Assembly (NCBI GenBank): GCA_965240465.1
Contig: OZ251219.1
Coordinates: 1,535,139-1,599,138, forward strand
Reading direction: 5' to 3'
Source: a bacterium
Lineage (GTDB): Bacteria; SAR324; JACQKK01
DNA: 64,000 bases
The first letter of the stretch is position 1. Each line of letters opens with the position of its first letter. Below the pieces are notes generated by a model, which saw only the letters and a list, made by a program, of their open reading frames with translations, was not told the DNA's origin and did not search any database. This document shows positions 1 through 10,099 of this stretch, one piece after another. A program made the translations under genes and the position numbers.

Positions 1-639
1 GACGACGGTTTAGTACTACCACCCAAGGTAGCTCCACTCCAAGTGGTCATTGTTCCGATTGCCAAAACCGAAGCCGAAATAAAAAAAGTCATGCCAATCG
101 CAGAAAAAATCGCTGCCAACCTTCAGGAAAACTTTGAGCCACATCGCATCAAACTAGACCAAAATTTCGATGACCGACCCGCAGAACGCTTCTTCCACTG
201 GATACAGCAAGGAGTACCACTAAGAATAGAAATAGGATCTCGCGACATCGCCCAAGAGCAAGCCATCCTGGTCAGGCGTGATAACAGAGAAAAAATTACG
301 ACCTCCTTTTCTTCTTTGACACAACAAGTCCAGCAAACCATGGAGAAAATCCAACTAAACCTGCTACAAAATGCCCAAAAATTTCAACATCAGCATTCAT
401 ATCAGGTAGATTCCCTCCCCCAATTTCAACAGCAAATTGAACAAGGAGGATTCTGCTACGCTCACTGGGATAACACCACAAAATCCGAACAAAGGCTCAA
501 ATCCTTAGCTAAGGCTACTCTTCGCTACATCCCTTTTAAGCCTTCCGACCTGCCACCACATATCAGCCCAGAACCCGGTAAATGCATTGTTAGCGGCCAG
601 CCATCTAAGCAGCGAGTATTGTTTTCTCAGGCTTACTGA
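1..639 (+). CDS. proS: Proline--tRNA ligase, C-terminal part (5' truncated by window)
   Basis: Anticodon-binding domain (GVPLRIEIGSRD) and C-terminal ATLRYIPF...GKCIVSG...VLFSQAY typical of eukaryote/archaeal-type ProRS. Confidence 0.92.
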   Translation, partial: DDGLVLPPKVAPLQVVIVPIAKTEAEIKKVMPIAEKIAANLQENFEPHRIKLDQNFDDRPAERFFHWIQQGVPLRIEIGSRDIAQEQAILVRRDNREKITTSFSSLTQQVQQTMEKIQLNLLQNAQKFQHQHSYQVDSLPQFQQQIEQGGFCYAHWDNTTKSEQRLKSLAKATLRYIPFKPSDLPPHISPEPGKCIVSGQPSKQRVLFSQAY

Positions 640-696
640 GGTTAAATTATCACCGCCCCCGATGGTGATAGGTTGAAAAAATTTGGGAGTATCAGT

Positions 697-1962
697 ATGG
701 CACCTCAAGGTTATCGGGCTTTGGATGTAGAGGGGGTCAGGGCTTATGGTGCCGATGCCGATGCGATTAGCAATATTTTGGGCGGGGATGCTCCCGACTG
801 GCAAATAAGAGAGGTGGGAGATGGCAACTTAAACTTGGTCTTTGTGCTGAAAGGAACCAGCGGTGCTTGTGTGGTAAAGCAAGCCCTGCCATATATGCGA
901 GTAATCGGGGAAAGCTGGCCTTTGTCGTTGGAGCGTAATCGGTTTGAGTATCATTGCTTGGTTCGCCATGCTCGCTGTGTGCCTACTCTAATTCCTAGTT
1001 TGTATCATCATGATGAGACGATGGCATTGATGGCTATGGAATATCTAACGCCGCATATCATCTTGCGGAAAGAATTAATCGCTGGACAGCAATTTCCACT
1101 GGTAGCAGAACATATGGCAGAATATATGTCCCAGACCTTGTTCAAAACATCTGACCTATATTTGAAGCCAGAAAAAAGGCGAAAAGATCTGCGTTTGTTC
1201 TCGGAAAACAACCAACTATGTGAAATTACCGAAAATGTGGTTTTCACTGACCCCTATCTTGACTCTGAGATGAATCGTTGGACTAGTCCTCAGCTGGATA
1301 AGCTGGTAGCAGAGTTTCGGGCTGATAAAAAATTGAAGCAAGCCTCCCAAGAGTTAAAATTCAAATTTGCCACCGCGGCTGAATCTCTGTTGCATGGCGA
1401 CCTACACTCAGGCTCTGTTATGGTCACCGAACAGGAAACTAAGGTGATTGATCCTGAATTCGCATTTTATGGTCCAATGGGTTTTGATGTGGGAGCCTTA
1501 CAAGCTAATTGGTTGCTGGCTTATTTTTCTCAGCCTGGACACGAACAAAAAGCTCGGGAAAGGGAGCAGTACCAAAGTTGGATACTGCAACAAGTGCGGG
1601 ATACATGGCGTCTGTTTGCCGAGAAATTTAGCAGGCTCTGGCAAGAGGAACGCTGTGGAACGGCATTTAGTCGCTCGCTGTTGAAACAGGATACTGAGGC
1701 ACTAGATTGCTTCCTACAAAGGCTACACCAAGATGCGATTGGATTCGCTGGGGCTAAGATGGTGCGGCGTCTGATAGGAGTGGCACATGTAGAGGATATG
1801 GAAGCGATTGAAAACCCAGACCTACGTGCCAAATGTGAAGAAAAAGCCTTGCAGCTGGGTCGTCTGCTGATGCTGGAAAGAGCCAGCGACTTCCAAGAAG
1901 TCTGCCAGTTAGCCCAAAACTTAGAGAGGCGGGACTTGGGGAGGCGAGACTTGGGGGCTTGA
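697..1962 (+). CDS. mtnK: S-methyl-5-thioribose kinase
   Basis: EVGDGNLNLVF, KQALPY, HGDLHSGS and IDPEFAFYGPMGFD motifs; ATG at 697 chosen over TTG at 673. Confidence 0.93.
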   Translation: MAPQGYRALDVEGVRAYGADADAISNILGGDAPDWQIREVGDGNLNLVFVLKGTSGACVVKQALPYMRVIGESWPLSLERNRFEYHCLVRHARCVPTLIPSLYHHDETMALMAMEYLTPHIILRKELIAGQQFPLVAEHMAEYMSQTLFKTSDLYLKPEKRRKDLRLFSENNQLCEITENVVFTDPYLDSEMNRWTSPQLDKLVAEFRADKKLKQASQELKFKFATAAESLLHGDLHSGSVMVTEQETKVIDPEFAFYGPMGFDVGALQANWLLAYFSQPGHEQKAREREQYQSWILQQVRDTWRLFAEKFSRLWQEERCGTAFSRSLLKQDTEALDCFLQRLHQDAIGFAGAKMVRRLIGVAHVEDMEAIENPDLRAKCEEKALQLGRLLMLERASDFQEVCQLAQNLERRDLGRRDLGA

Positions 1963-2068
1963 CTTGGGGGCTTGACTTGGGGGCTTGACTTGGGGGCTTG
2001 ACTTGGAGAGGCGGGACTTGGGGGCTTGACTTGGGGGCTTGACTTGGAGAGGCGGGACTTGGGGGCTT
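1926..2068. repeat. G-rich tandem repeat (GACTTGGGGGCTT / GAGAGGCGGGACTTGG variants) spanning the mtnK stop
   Basis: Directly visible repeated ~13-15 nt units. Confidence 0.9.
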
Positions 2069-2267
2069 TCCAGTTAAGGAGGAACTTTCCCGTTAAGGAT
2101 GCCTGCAACATCTGGCTTATTTGGCGGTGAGGATGCTAATACGTTCTGGATGAGAAGGTTGGGACTTGGGGGCTTTCCAGTTAAGGAGGAACTTTCCCGT
2201 TAAGGATGCCTGCAACATCTGGCTTATTTGGCGGTGAGGATGCTAATACGTTCTGGATGAGAAGGTT
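2054..2267. repeat. Exact 107-bp tandem duplication
   Basis: 2054-2160 equals 2161-2267; includes the 3' end and stop of the 2224..3471 gene. Confidence 0.92.
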
Positions 2268-3471
2268 GGGAGTTGGGATCATCGGGGGGGGATGGAGCTG
2301 CGGGGGCTGGGGGGGCTGGGGAGGGAATTGCGAGGGCGGGGGTGGAGGGAATTGCGAAGGCGGGGGTGGAGGGAATTGCGAAGGCGGGGGTGGAGGGAAT
2401 TGCGAAGGCGGGGGTGGGGGATTTTGATTGGACGGAATTATTAGGGGATTTGGATGTTGGGCGGGAAGTTCGTGGTTCTGCCAAGAGGTTTTTGAAAGCG
2501 ATGTTGCGTTCGGTGAGGAAGTCGGTAAGTTGTTTGAGGACGAGGATATTGTCTTGAGGGAATTTTCTACCACTGATTTCAAATTTTGCTGGTGAGGGCA
2601 GGGCTTTTAGGGCTATGAGCAGGGATTTTTCTTGGGTTTTCAGTTGCTGAGGGGTAAGTTGGCGAGCTGTTTGATGTTCCTTGATGACGGACTGAAACAC
2701 GACTTTTAGGAGTGCCTCTTGTTTGAGCATGTCTTTTAGGAATAGGTGTTGGAGGAAGCGGAGGTACTCGGTGGCAGTATGTTGGGGGATGGCTAGCTTA
2801 ATGGCTAGTGGTTCTCCAGTGCGGATACCCAGGATGATGAGGGGTAATTGTTCTCCTCCGATCGCCGACGAGATGAATTGATGACTGCTATGAAGAAAGT
2901 GCAACAACGCGGTAAGAGGCTGAGTATTTAGGGGAGCGGGCGGTTCGGGGTAATAGCGGATTTCCAGTGTTTGGGTGTTTTTGGGGAGGGGGGGAGAAGC
3001 AGGAGATTCAAGGGCTTCCACCACGGTATTGGCGGTATTGAAGGCGGTCAGACAACGATTCCAAGTTTCTGAGATATGCTGAGCTTCCATTAGCAGCTGG
3101 ATCGGCTGATGATGTACTTGATAGCGATGGGTTTCCCAGTTTTGCTGGAACAGAGTCTCTAGGCGTTCAGCGATGGCTTTCAGTTCACTGGGCTTTAAGA
3201 TGATTGCCAATAATTCTTCTTCGGTTGAATGATAATCTTCCAGCCGAATTAGCAATCTGCGTACGGTTTTAAGATGCTCTGGGATGGCATTGCAGAAGGC
3301 ATCACTGAATAGGTACTTACTTAAATCGCTTTCTAGGGATTTGCTTGGATTAGGACCGGCGTACTCGGGCAGATTTTTTAGAAACCGCACCCGCAATTCC
3401 TCATAGCAACGGAAGCCGTTATCCATCAACAGCACGAATTCTCGAAAGATTGTACTTAGTTCATCTACCAT
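2224..3471 (-). CDS. Hypothetical protein with Pro-rich repetitive C-terminus (PAFAIPST x4; 24-nt repeat 2323-2418)
   Basis: 415-aa ORF with plausible composition; no family recognised. Confidence 0.7.
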   Translation of the reverse strand: MVDELSTIFREFVLLMDNGFRCYEELRVRFLKNLPEYAGPNPSKSLESDLSKYLFSDAFCNAIPEHLKTVRRLLIRLEDYHSTEEELLAIILKPSELKAIAERLETLFQQNWETHRYQVHHQPIQLLMEAQHISETWNRCLTAFNTANTVVEALESPASPPLPKNTQTLEIRYYPEPPAPLNTQPLTALLHFLHSSHQFISSAIGGEQLPLIILGIRTGEPLAIKLAIPQHTATEYLRFLQHLFLKDMLKQEALLKVVFQSVIKEHQTARQLTPQQLKTQEKSLLIALKALPSPAKFEISGRKFPQDNILVLKQLTDFLTERNIAFKNLLAEPRTSRPTSKSPNNSVQSKSPTPAFAIPSTPAFAIPSTPAFAIPSTPALAIPSPAPPAPAAPSPPDDPNSQPSHPERISILTAK

Positions 3472-3579
3472 TATTCTTCCCTGAGGCGATGTTATGAAAA
3501 AAACGATTTAATCCTAGCTTAAAAAGCACTGCCAGTAATAGTCCTGTGAACCCGACAAAATTAAGGAAGAGGTTCTAAT

Positions 3580-3999
3580 TTAGAGTAATTCTTGTTTCTC
3601 AAAGAAAAAGGCTATTTCTACTTGAGCTGTTTCTGGGGCATCAGAGCCATGAACGGTATTGAGCTCTATGCTGGTACCAAATCGCTTACGGATAGTCCCT
3701 TCTGCAGCTTCAGCGGGATCGGTAGCTCCCATCAATTCTCGGTTCTTACCAATGGCACGCTCTCCTTCCAACACCGATACCACAATCGCACCTGAAGACA
3801 TATAAGTAGTGAGGCTGTCAAAAAAAGGTCTTCCTCGGTGCACCTCATAAAATCCTTGGGCTGCTTGCTTGCTAAGGCGATATTTCTTCAACGCCAGAAT
3901 AGTCAATCCATTCTTCTCAAAATGGCTTAGTATCTCTCCCACCAGATTTCTTCGTACCCCATCGGGCTTAATAATAGACAAGGTGCGTTCAAGGCTCAT
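3580..3999 (-). CDS. ndk: Nucleoside diphosphate kinase
   Basis: [14 protein letters not shown] and NTVHGSD (catalytic His) motifs. Confidence 0.97.
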   Translation of the reverse strand: MSLERTLSIIKPDGVRRNLVGEILSHFEKNGLTILALKKYRLSKQAAQGFYEVHRGRPFFDSLTTYMSSGAIVVSVLEGERAIGKNRELMGATDPAEAAEGTIRKRFGTSIELNTVHGSDAPETAQVEIAFFFEKQELL

Positions 4000-4095
4000 T
4001 TATCATCCTTTTTAATTAGCAAACAACAACTAGCTACAACTTACACCATCAACAGGGGGGCATTCAAATATAAACCCCATCTTTCACCTGTTTTT

Positions 4096-4152
4096 ATGCA
4101 TTGTATCATGCATTGTCTCATGCATTGTCTCATGCATTGTCTCATGCGTTGT
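4096..4152. repeat. 12-nt tandem repeat ATGCATTGTCTC, ~5 copies
   Basis: Visible in the ndk-rmuC intergenic region. Confidence 0.9.
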
Positions 4153-4184
4153 TTTGCGCGATCGCAAAGTTTCACCTATCCCTA

Positions 4185-5249
4185 TTAATTCAGTGACTTC
4201 TTAGCTGGTACTCCGAGTTCTTTCAGTTTCTCCACCCTTCCAATGAGATTACCCTTGCCCTGTGAGAGCTTACTGAGGGCATCTTCTTGAGCTGTAGAGG
4301 CTTTGCCAAGGGCATTTCCGATGTCTTTTATATCATCCACAAAACCCACGACCTTGTCATAGAGGGCACCTGCTTGACGGGCGATCTCTTGGGCATTGGT
4401 GTTTTGCCTTTCCACCCGCCAAATAGAAGCAGTTATCTGCAAACATGATAGCAAGGTAGTAGGAGAAACAGGTATCACTCGGAGTTTCCAAGCTCGCTCA
4501 GACAGATCTCTGTAAGTTTGCGTGGCCAACACTAATGAGCCATCGTTGGGCATAAACATGTATACAAAATCGGGAGTACGCAACTTTGCTTGGGTGTAGT
4601 CTCGCTCGGACAAAGCTTTCACATGATTTAATACCGCCTCTGAGTGTTTCTGCTTAGCCACTTGGGCAGCTTGGGGGTCATTGTTGTTGAGTGCATCCTC
4701 ATGTTCTGCATAATGCTTTAGCGATACCTTGGCATCTACCACCAAGCAACGATTCTCTGGCAGCAGCACTACGGCATCGGGCTTTAACAAACCTCCTTCC
4801 TCGCTCCTCAGCCCCAAGCCCTTTCCCTGCAGAACGTACTCCTCCCCTTCACGCAAACCCGAAGCCTCCAGTATTTTCTCTAATATCATTTCCCCCCAAT
4901 GACCCTGAGATTTCACATCTCCTCGCATGGCCCGAGTTAAACTATCTGTACTGCTGGATAAATTTTTGTGTATCCGTACAAATTGCTCCATCTGCCCCTT
5001 AAATTCAGCATTCTGGGTACGCACATCCCGATGAAAATCCTTAATGTTCTCTCTCAGAGGATTAAGCAACACGCCTAAATGCGAATTCATTTCCTCAGCC
5101 TGCTTCTTGGTAGTAACCTCGGTTTGCTGTGCAAATTCTAGTTTTAGAGTTTCCTTTCGTCCCTTTTTTTCTCCCCATAAAAACCCCGCCAATAAACCAA
5201 TCACCCCTGCCGATAGAAATAGAAAAATTGTTAAAAAAATTACACTCAT
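4185..5249 (-). CDS. rmuC: DNA recombination protein RmuC
   Basis: N-terminal TM; QGHWGEMILEKILE, PD...VVDAK, PDFVYMFMP and SPTTL motifs. Confidence 0.93.
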   Translation of the reverse strand: MSVIFLTIFLFLSAGVIGLLAGFLWGEKKGRKETLKLEFAQQTEVTTKKQAEEMNSHLGVLLNPLRENIKDFHRDVRTQNAEFKGQMEQFVRIHKNLSSSTDSLTRAMRGDVKSQGHWGEMILEKILEASGLREGEEYVLQGKGLGLRSEEGGLLKPDAVVLLPENRCLVVDAKVSLKHYAEHEDALNNNDPQAAQVAKQKHSEAVLNHVKALSERDYTQAKLRTPDFVYMFMPNDGSLVLATQTYRDLSERAWKLRVIPVSPTTLLSCLQITASIWRVERQNTNAQEIARQAGALYDKVVGFVDDIKDIGNALGKASTAQEDALSKLSQGKGNLIGRVEKLKELGVPAKKSLN

Positions 5250-5262
5250 TCAAATCCTTTCA

Positions 5263-5306
5263 AAAAAACCAGCATACAAAAAACCAGCATACAAAAAACC
5301 AGCATA
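5263..5306. repeat. 15-nt tandem repeat AAAAAACCAGCATAC x3
   Basis: Directly upstream of the rmuC start. Confidence 0.9.
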
Positions 5307-5506
5307 TTTGGATGAAAACACCCCATGCTATCAAACTAGAGCTAAATATAATACCCACAGTAATATTGACAATCGGAGGGGGGTGGGGGGTGCAGATCAG
5401 CTATGAAGGTTAGCCTTGCAAAAAACCAATGAGAAGGTACGGTATCACTAGTGCTAGTAAGAGATATTTCGTACTGGTTTAGGCATAAATCATCTTAGCT
5501 ATAAAC

Positions 5507-6457
5507 ATGTTTGAGGATATTAAGGAACATATGGACTCAGTAGAGCGGGAGTTATCTCGCGGGCTGGATTCTAGTACTCCATATTTGGACGAGATGGCAA
5601 ACCACATAGTTGGTGCTGGAGGCAAGCGGGTACGTCCTGCGATGGCTATTTATGCGGCTTGGATGTTTGGTGATATTAGCGAGAAGGTTTATCGGGCGGC
5701 CGCGGCCTTAGAGTACTTGCATACGGCAACATTACTACATGACGATGTGGTAGATGAGGCCGATAAGCGTCGGGATCAGGATACCGCGCGGATATTATGG
5801 AGCAATGCATCTAGTGTTTTGGTGGGGGATTATCTGCTAGCATTTGCGTTTAAGAGTTTGACAAAGTTAGGTGATAAGGAGGTTTTGGATTTAATATCGG
5901 AGACGACCATGTTGATGTCTCGCGGAGAGTTGTTGCAATTGGCGAGTAGTTGTATCACGGCTAGCGAGCATGATTACTTAGATATTATTCATTGCAAGAC
6001 TGCCTGTTTATTTGGAGCTGCGGTTCAGATAGGCGGTATTTTGGGTGGTGCTGAGAAGGAGTTACATGGGAGTTTATATGAGTATGGTCATGGAGTAGGG
6101 ATGGCATTTCAGATGGTGGATGATGCCTTAGACTACTCTAGGGTTAGGATTGGCAAGCCATTGGGAACGGATTTTCGTGAGGGTAAGATAACCATGCCTT
6201 TAAGTCGTTTGCTATTGGTAGCGAGTCCTGAAGAGAGATCCGAGTTGCAGCAGGCTTTGAGTGGTAGTGAGGTTGACGATGTGGTTATTAGTCGGGTGGT
6301 GGATTTAATGCAGAAGTACAAGATTGATGATTATACTCGCAGGATTGCTTTAGAGAGAGTTGAAAAGAGCTTGTCATTATTGGATAAGATGCCTAAAGGA
6401 GAGGCACGTGATTCTCTTATGCGTTTGGCTTGGTTTGTAGTGGAACGCCAGTATTAA
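5507..6457 (+). CDS. ispB: Polyprenyl (octaprenyl) diphosphate synthase
   Basis: GGKRVRP, LLHDDVVD, KTA, FQMVDD and DFREGKIT motifs. Confidence 0.9.
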   Translation: MFEDIKEHMDSVERELSRGLDSSTPYLDEMANHIVGAGGKRVRPAMAIYAAWMFGDISEKVYRAAAALEYLHTATLLHDDVVDEADKRRDQDTARILWSNASSVLVGDYLLAFAFKSLTKLGDKEVLDLISETTMLMSRGELLQLASSCITASEHDYLDIIHCKTACLFGAAVQIGGILGGAEKELHGSLYEYGHGVGMAFQMVDDALDYSRVRIGKPLGTDFREGKITMPLSRLLLVASPEERSELQQALSGSEVDDVVISRVVDLMQKYKIDDYTRRIALERVEKSLSLLDKMPKGEARDSLMRLAWFVVERQY

Positions 6458-6474
6458 AGTATGGATGACTAAGC

Positions 6475-7425
6475 ATGATAACTACGATTATATTGCCGTT
6501 GAATGTATTTTTAGCGGTAGTTTTATCATTGGCTGGGGGCAGATTTTTTAACGGGAGCAATTTGCTGAAGATTTCCTTAGTTGGCGGGGCGATTACGCCT
6601 TTGTTACTGGCTGGAGTGGCATATGTATTATCGCCAGATTTGGTGCAATTTATGGGAGTATTGCCTGGCAGTGCATCGTTGGTGAGTAGTCTACTGTTGT
6701 TTGCCAGCCTTGGAGTACTTGGTGGTTTTACACTAGGAAAGGGAGTACTGGTGGGGCTTGGTATGCTGGCTGGTTGGGGGTTGTTTTTACTATTAGCGTT
6801 GTTATCTGCACCTGGGGTAGTTTTCACACATTTAGGCATCCGATTGATGTACCCTGCTTTCAATAGTGGTCATCCTTGGTTGCTAGCGGTGCTGGCAATG
6901 TTGATGTTGTTACTTTTTATTACAAATAAACTGCATCTATGGCACAAATTGGCGATTGCTTTCACTGTTGTTTATCTGCTGGGGGGAGTTTCTTTTTATG
7001 CTTATACACGAAACAAAGCTGAGCTTACTCAAGGTCAGTTATTTCCTGCTTCCAGCTGGCCTAGAAATTGGTGGGTGGTTGAATCCAAAGATGAGGAGTG
7101 GAACATCAAACGCCTGAGGGTAGGTAAGGCACCACAGCCCATCGCTAGCTTGCCCCAGTGGAACAATCAGCCAGAGCTTCTTTACTTACTTAGAGACCCA
7201 ATTGTTGCTAATTTCTATTACGATGTATTCTTGCATCCTATCGCCAAGATCCAACAGAATGAAAATGGCCAGCTACTTACCATATCGGAGGCTCTTCCTG
7301 TAGCCAAAGAAAAATCTCAGTCTGTTTTTATCTTGGATGCTAACCAACGAGAACAATTTCGCATCTACACCCTGCAAAAATTGCCGAAGAAAAACTCAAA
7401 AGAAAAATCAGAAGAAAAATCATGA
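6475..7425 (+). CDS. Hypothetical multi-pass membrane protein
   Basis: Several hydrophobic helices then a soluble C-terminus; overlaps the folE start (ATGA). Confidence 0.7.
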   Translation: MITTIILPLNVFLAVVLSLAGGRFFNGSNLLKISLVGGAITPLLLAGVAYVLSPDLVQFMGVLPGSASLVSSLLLFASLGVLGGFTLGKGVLVGLGMLAGWGLFLLLALLSAPGVVFTHLGIRLMYPAFNSGHPWLLAVLAMLMLLLFITNKLHLWHKLAIAFTVVYLLGGVSFYAYTRNKAELTQGQLFPASSWPRNWWVVESKDEEWNIKRLRVGKAPQPIASLPQWNNQPELLYLLRDPIVANFYYDVFLHPIAKIQQNENGQLLTISEALPVAKEKSQSVFILDANQREQFRIYTLQKLPKKNSKEKSEEKS

Positions 7426-7937
7426 GCAATTCTCAATATCCCAAGCCTTCCTCAAAAAATATCCAAGCAGGTTTCTCGCTTGTACTTAAAGGACTTGGCA
7501 TCACAACAAATATAGAACAAACCGCCCAGCAAACCACTCAAGCTTGGCTGGAACATCTTACCACCGCTCTCCACCACCCACCACCAGCTATTTCTCTTAT
7601 CTCTGCCTCGCCTAATCGGGGTATAATTCAGCTGAACCGAATTCCATTTCATTCTTTGTGTTCGCATCATTTACTGCCCTTTTTTGGATATGCCAAGGTT
7701 GAGTATATCCCTGATAAACACATATGCAGTATTTCTTCGCTCTCCAAAATTACACAGCATCTTGCTAAACAGCCAACCTTGCAAGAGCAACTCACTCTAC
7801 AAATCTCCCAGCATCTACAACAAGTCCTCCAACCGAAAGCCCTTAAAATAAATCTTTCTGCTCGGCATCTTTGCCTACAGCTGCGAAATGGACATCCACA
7901 CACCTTTTCAACTTCTCATACCCAAGGTCAGTGGTGA
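7422..7937 (+). CDS. folE: GTP cyclohydrolase I (divergent)
   Basis: SLCSHHLLPFFG, QEQLT and HLC zinc-site motifs. Confidence 0.8.
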   Translation: MSNSQYPKPSSKNIQAGFSLVLKGLGITTNIEQTAQQTTQAWLEHLTTALHHPPPAISLISASPNRGIIQLNRIPFHSLCSHHLLPFFGYAKVEYIPDKHICSISSLSKITQHLAKQPTLQEQLTLQISQHLQQVLQPKALKINLSARHLCLQLRNGHPHTFSTSHTQGQW

Positions 7938-7983
7938 CAAGACCACATTCTTCCCAAGAAAATTATCTGGGCGACTTGAGCTA

Positions 7984-8709
7984 CTACCGATAAGCCTTGA
8001 GAGCTTTATTTTGCTTGAGGAAGTAGCCGACATCTCTACCATCGTAGGTTTTGGCGTTCATGTCTGCTCCAGCGTGAATGATTAGCGACATGATTTTTTG
8101 GCTTTCTCTTAGTGCTGCCACAAATAAGAGGGTGGTAAAGCCTTCTTGGCTACGAGCCTCTAGGTTTGCCCCTGCATCAATTAAGATTTTCAAAACATTA
8201 GTGCTATTGCCCCTTGCGGCAACTAAATGAAGAGGGGTAAGTCCGCCTGGAGCTATTGCTTCTAGGTTGGCACCATTACTTAAAAGAACCTTGGTAACAC
8301 TTGAGAGACTATTTTCTGCTACCGCCCGATGCAATGGGGTGAGTCCTTCCTTGTCTAGGGCATTGATTTTTGCTCCTTTTTTTAGAAGCACTGCCACCAC
8401 CAGATGATTGTTCCGTTTGGCTGCCAAGTGAAGAGGAGTTGCACCACTTTCACTGCGAACCTCTGTTTTGGCACCAGCTTTTAGCAAGGTTATGATAACC
8501 TGAGGGTCGGAATTCTGCCATGCAGCCCAATGCAAGGGGGTTAAGCCAAATTCATCCCTTTCATTGACGCTTTCTACTTTGCTTAGCAGCTCTGTAACTT
8601 TATCGGGAGTGGCAACCCTTATAAAGTCCACATTGCACAAGCTAGTACACTCTCCTCCCCATACGACAAAGGGAGGCAAACACAATAAAAATAAGAAGAA
8701 CCAACGCAT
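7984..8709 (-). CDS. Secreted ankyrin-repeat protein (~5 repeats)
   Basis: Signal-peptide-like N-terminus; repeated G.TPLH.AA...LL..GA.. Confidence 0.92.
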   Translation of the reverse strand: MRWFFLFLLCLPPFVVWGGECTSLCNVDFIRVATPDKVTELLSKVESVNERDEFGLTPLHWAAWQNSDPQVIITLLKAGAKTEVRSESGATPLHLAAKRNNHLVVAVLLKKGAKINALDKEGLTPLHRAVAENSLSSVTKVLLSNGANLEAIAPGGLTPLHLVAARGNSTNVLKILIDAGANLEARSQEGFTTLLFVAALRESQKIMSLIIHAGADMNAKTYDGRDVGYFLKQNKALKAYR

Positions 8710-8894
8710 TTAGTTCATCCAATTGCTCCAACCCCATGCAAAAACATCCCTTCATTATACCACCATCTCCTCCATTGTGCAAGATGGCACTGCACAACCA
8801 TAACACCCCCCACCCCCGATGGCACAAGCCCACCCACCCCCGATGGCACGCGGCCGTGCTTTAAATATGTTTTATTATTGTAGGAAATTATTTA

Positions 8895-10007
8895 TCAGCT
8901 ATGATTAACAGCTCTTATTTCCCCAATAAGGTTATCTATAATCTGTTCGGATACATCTGGGACAACTATTATATGTCCGATATCACCTTGGGAAGCAATT
9001 TGATATTTTTTCAAAATATCGTCATTTACTTTTTCAAATATTTTTTCAAGTACTACTGTAATAGAGTTAGGATTTCTCCAAGCCTTTATTCCGATTTCCG
9101 TGAGTTTTTTAATGGCATAATCCGCTACATTAAAACACTTGGACAATTTTTGTTTGAATTCATCTATTCCTAATTTATTGATTGCATACCATAAGAACAT
9201 AGGAGTTACACCATTCCTAGAGCCAGATATAGTGGTATCAACACTAGCAATATACTCAATAGTTTTTCCAAGATTTTCAATGTTTTCATTTTCTGCTACT
9301 ACAATTCCACAAGGAATAGGAGAGCCGATGAATTTATGACCACTAATAGCTATACTATTGATGCCATCTGGAAAAGTAAATGAAGGAGGATTAGCTACAA
9401 ATGGCAATATCATCCCACTTAAGGCAGCATCTGCATGGATGTAGTAAGGAACATCCTTGACAATTTGCTTAATTTTTTCTATATCGTCCGTAGCCCCCTT
9501 CATGGCAGTTCCAATGTTAGCAGAAATTATGGCTGGCTTAGCTGGGGAAGCCGAAATAGCCTTAGATAGAGCTTGGTAATCTATTTCTCCATTGTGAGTA
9601 CTGTCTATAACTATGTCATTTACTCTGAGTAATTTGATTATCTTATGCACACTATAATGGGTATCTTTAGAGTAATAAACAATGCCATCGGGATATTTCT
9701 CTCTAGCCAATAGAAGCCCATAAAGATTGCCTTCAGTACCTCCATTAGTTACATATCCAGATGTATTTTCTTCTTTTGCTTTGACCAGTTTTTGGAAGAA
9801 ATTTACCACCTCTCTTTCGTACTTAAATGTATTCACCTGATAATTACCTTCTACAAAAGGGTTCCCAATGTTATTAATGGGAAACCTCAATAATGGATAC
9901 AAATCAGTGTAGTCAAAATCACCGTTACTAGGATATCCAAGAGATAATTTACTATGTATTTCAAGATTCTTTACCAGATTATCTATCTCTTCTTTTATTT
10001 TATCCAT
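8895..10007 (-). CDS. hdc: PLP-dependent histidine decarboxylase
   Basis: GYVTNGGTEGNLYG, SKDTHYS, HADAALSG, SGHK (PLP lysine) and TISGSRNG motifs; AT-rich. Confidence 0.85.
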   Translation of the reverse strand: MDKIKEEIDNLVKNLEIHSKLSLGYPSNGDFDYTDLYPLLRFPINNIGNPFVEGNYQVNTFKYEREVVNFFQKLVKAKEENTSGYVTNGGTEGNLYGLLLAREKYPDGIVYYSKDTHYSVHKIIKLLRVNDIVIDSTHNGEIDYQALSKAISASPAKPAIISANIGTAMKGATDDIEKIKQIVKDVPYYIHADAALSGMILPFVANPPSFTFPDGINSIAISGHKFIGSPIPCGIVVAENENIENLGKTIEYIASVDTTISGSRNGVTPMFLWYAINKLGIDEFKQKLSKCFNVADYAIKKLTEIGIKAWRNPNSITVVLEKIFEKVNDDILKKYQIASQGDIGHIIVVPDVSEQIIDNLIGEIRAVNHS

Positions 10008-10099
10008 CCATTTCTCCTTATTCTATGAAACATATTTATAGACTTCATAATTTCAATCACTGTGCATTGTATATTGTCAAACTACAAATTGGGTAAGTT

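Noticed and set aside
1530-2582. Short overlapping ORFs (193, 133, 94 and 73 aa)
   Set aside because: Antisense or alternative-frame products of mtnK and the G-rich repeats
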